Positions 63,590 through 64,000 of a DNA stretch of 64,000 nucleotides are shown piece by piece. Position 1 is the stretch's first letter, and each line of letters begins with the position of its first letter. The notes below the pieces were generated by a model. The model saw nothing but the letters and a program-made list of their open reading frames with translations, was not told the origin of the DNA and ran no database searches. The translations under genes and the position numbers were made by a program. Origin of the DNA: Camelus ferus (lineage: Eukaryota); NCBI RefSeq assembly GCF_009834535.1, contig NC_045707.1:58778001-58842000 (forward strand). Direction: 5' to 3'.

Positions 63590-63700
63590 AACTTTGGATA
63601 TTATGGATATGAGGAAATTGAGGCAAGAGGGGGAAATGATTGACTCCAGGTTGAACCACCAGCTAGTGAAGGTTAGTCCAGAGACTCTTTGACAGATACT
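63590..63700 (-). mobile_element. MIR fragment
   Basis: 'atgaggaaattgaggcaagagggggaaatgattgactccagg...cagctagtgaagg'. Confidence 0.65.
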
Positions 63701-64000
63701 TTTCCTTGAGTTTCTGAAAACTGTGGCTTTCTATCATTTGCCAGAGGCACAGTGAGTTCATATACAGAGAGTGATTTTGTATAAATTTTGTATAAATCAC
63801 TCTCTCTTTATATATGATATACATATTACACTTCCAATTGTGTGTTTTTCTGTAAATAAGGAGATTAAAAAAACTAGAAAAATAATCATGCTAGTGTGGT
63901 CTAACATTTTCTATTTCTAATAAACCCAATTATTTACACCTTTTGGGCATAAAATGTAATTTGCATATTTTCTATGCAACAACATGGCTGCTGGCTGAGC

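Noticed and set aside
1..64000. CRISPR array, prokaryotic operon/defence system, endogenous viral ORF or processed pseudogene
   Set aside because: No regularly spaced repeat-spacer units, no gene-dense ORFs and no recognisable viral or cellular protein. The repeat content is unambiguously mammalian

Overview
Mammalian nuclear DNA, AT-rich and CpG-poor, most likely camelid (camel/alpaca/llama). The taxon call rests on a tRNA-derived Vic-1-like SINE and the young L1 3' ends. I recognise no protein-coding exon, rRNA, true tRNA, CRISPR array or prokaryotic system, and the ORF track is mostly chance or repeat-derived ORFs. The window holds ancient eutherian repeats (L2, MIR, L3/CR1, L1M, MER3, MER5, MER117, MLT1, a MER34-like LTR), a few lineage-specific L1/SINE insertions, simple repeats, and unique stretches that look like conserved non-coding or enhancer DNA. 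Most L1 and LTR copies lie on +, and several short segments with good splice sites lie on -. Together these suggest, by inference, a very long intron of a minus-strand gene or lncRNA that I cannot identify. Observations worth follow-up: a 5'-inverted L1, a young/old L1 chimera, a frame-compatible chain of candidate minus-strand small exons, a G4/H-DNA tract beside a 44-bp near-palindrome, a ~45-bp direct-repeat pair, a long hairpin, and a liver-type TF motif cluster. Repeat family names and boundaries come from recalled consensus sequences and are approximate. I cannot support a novel biological system here.
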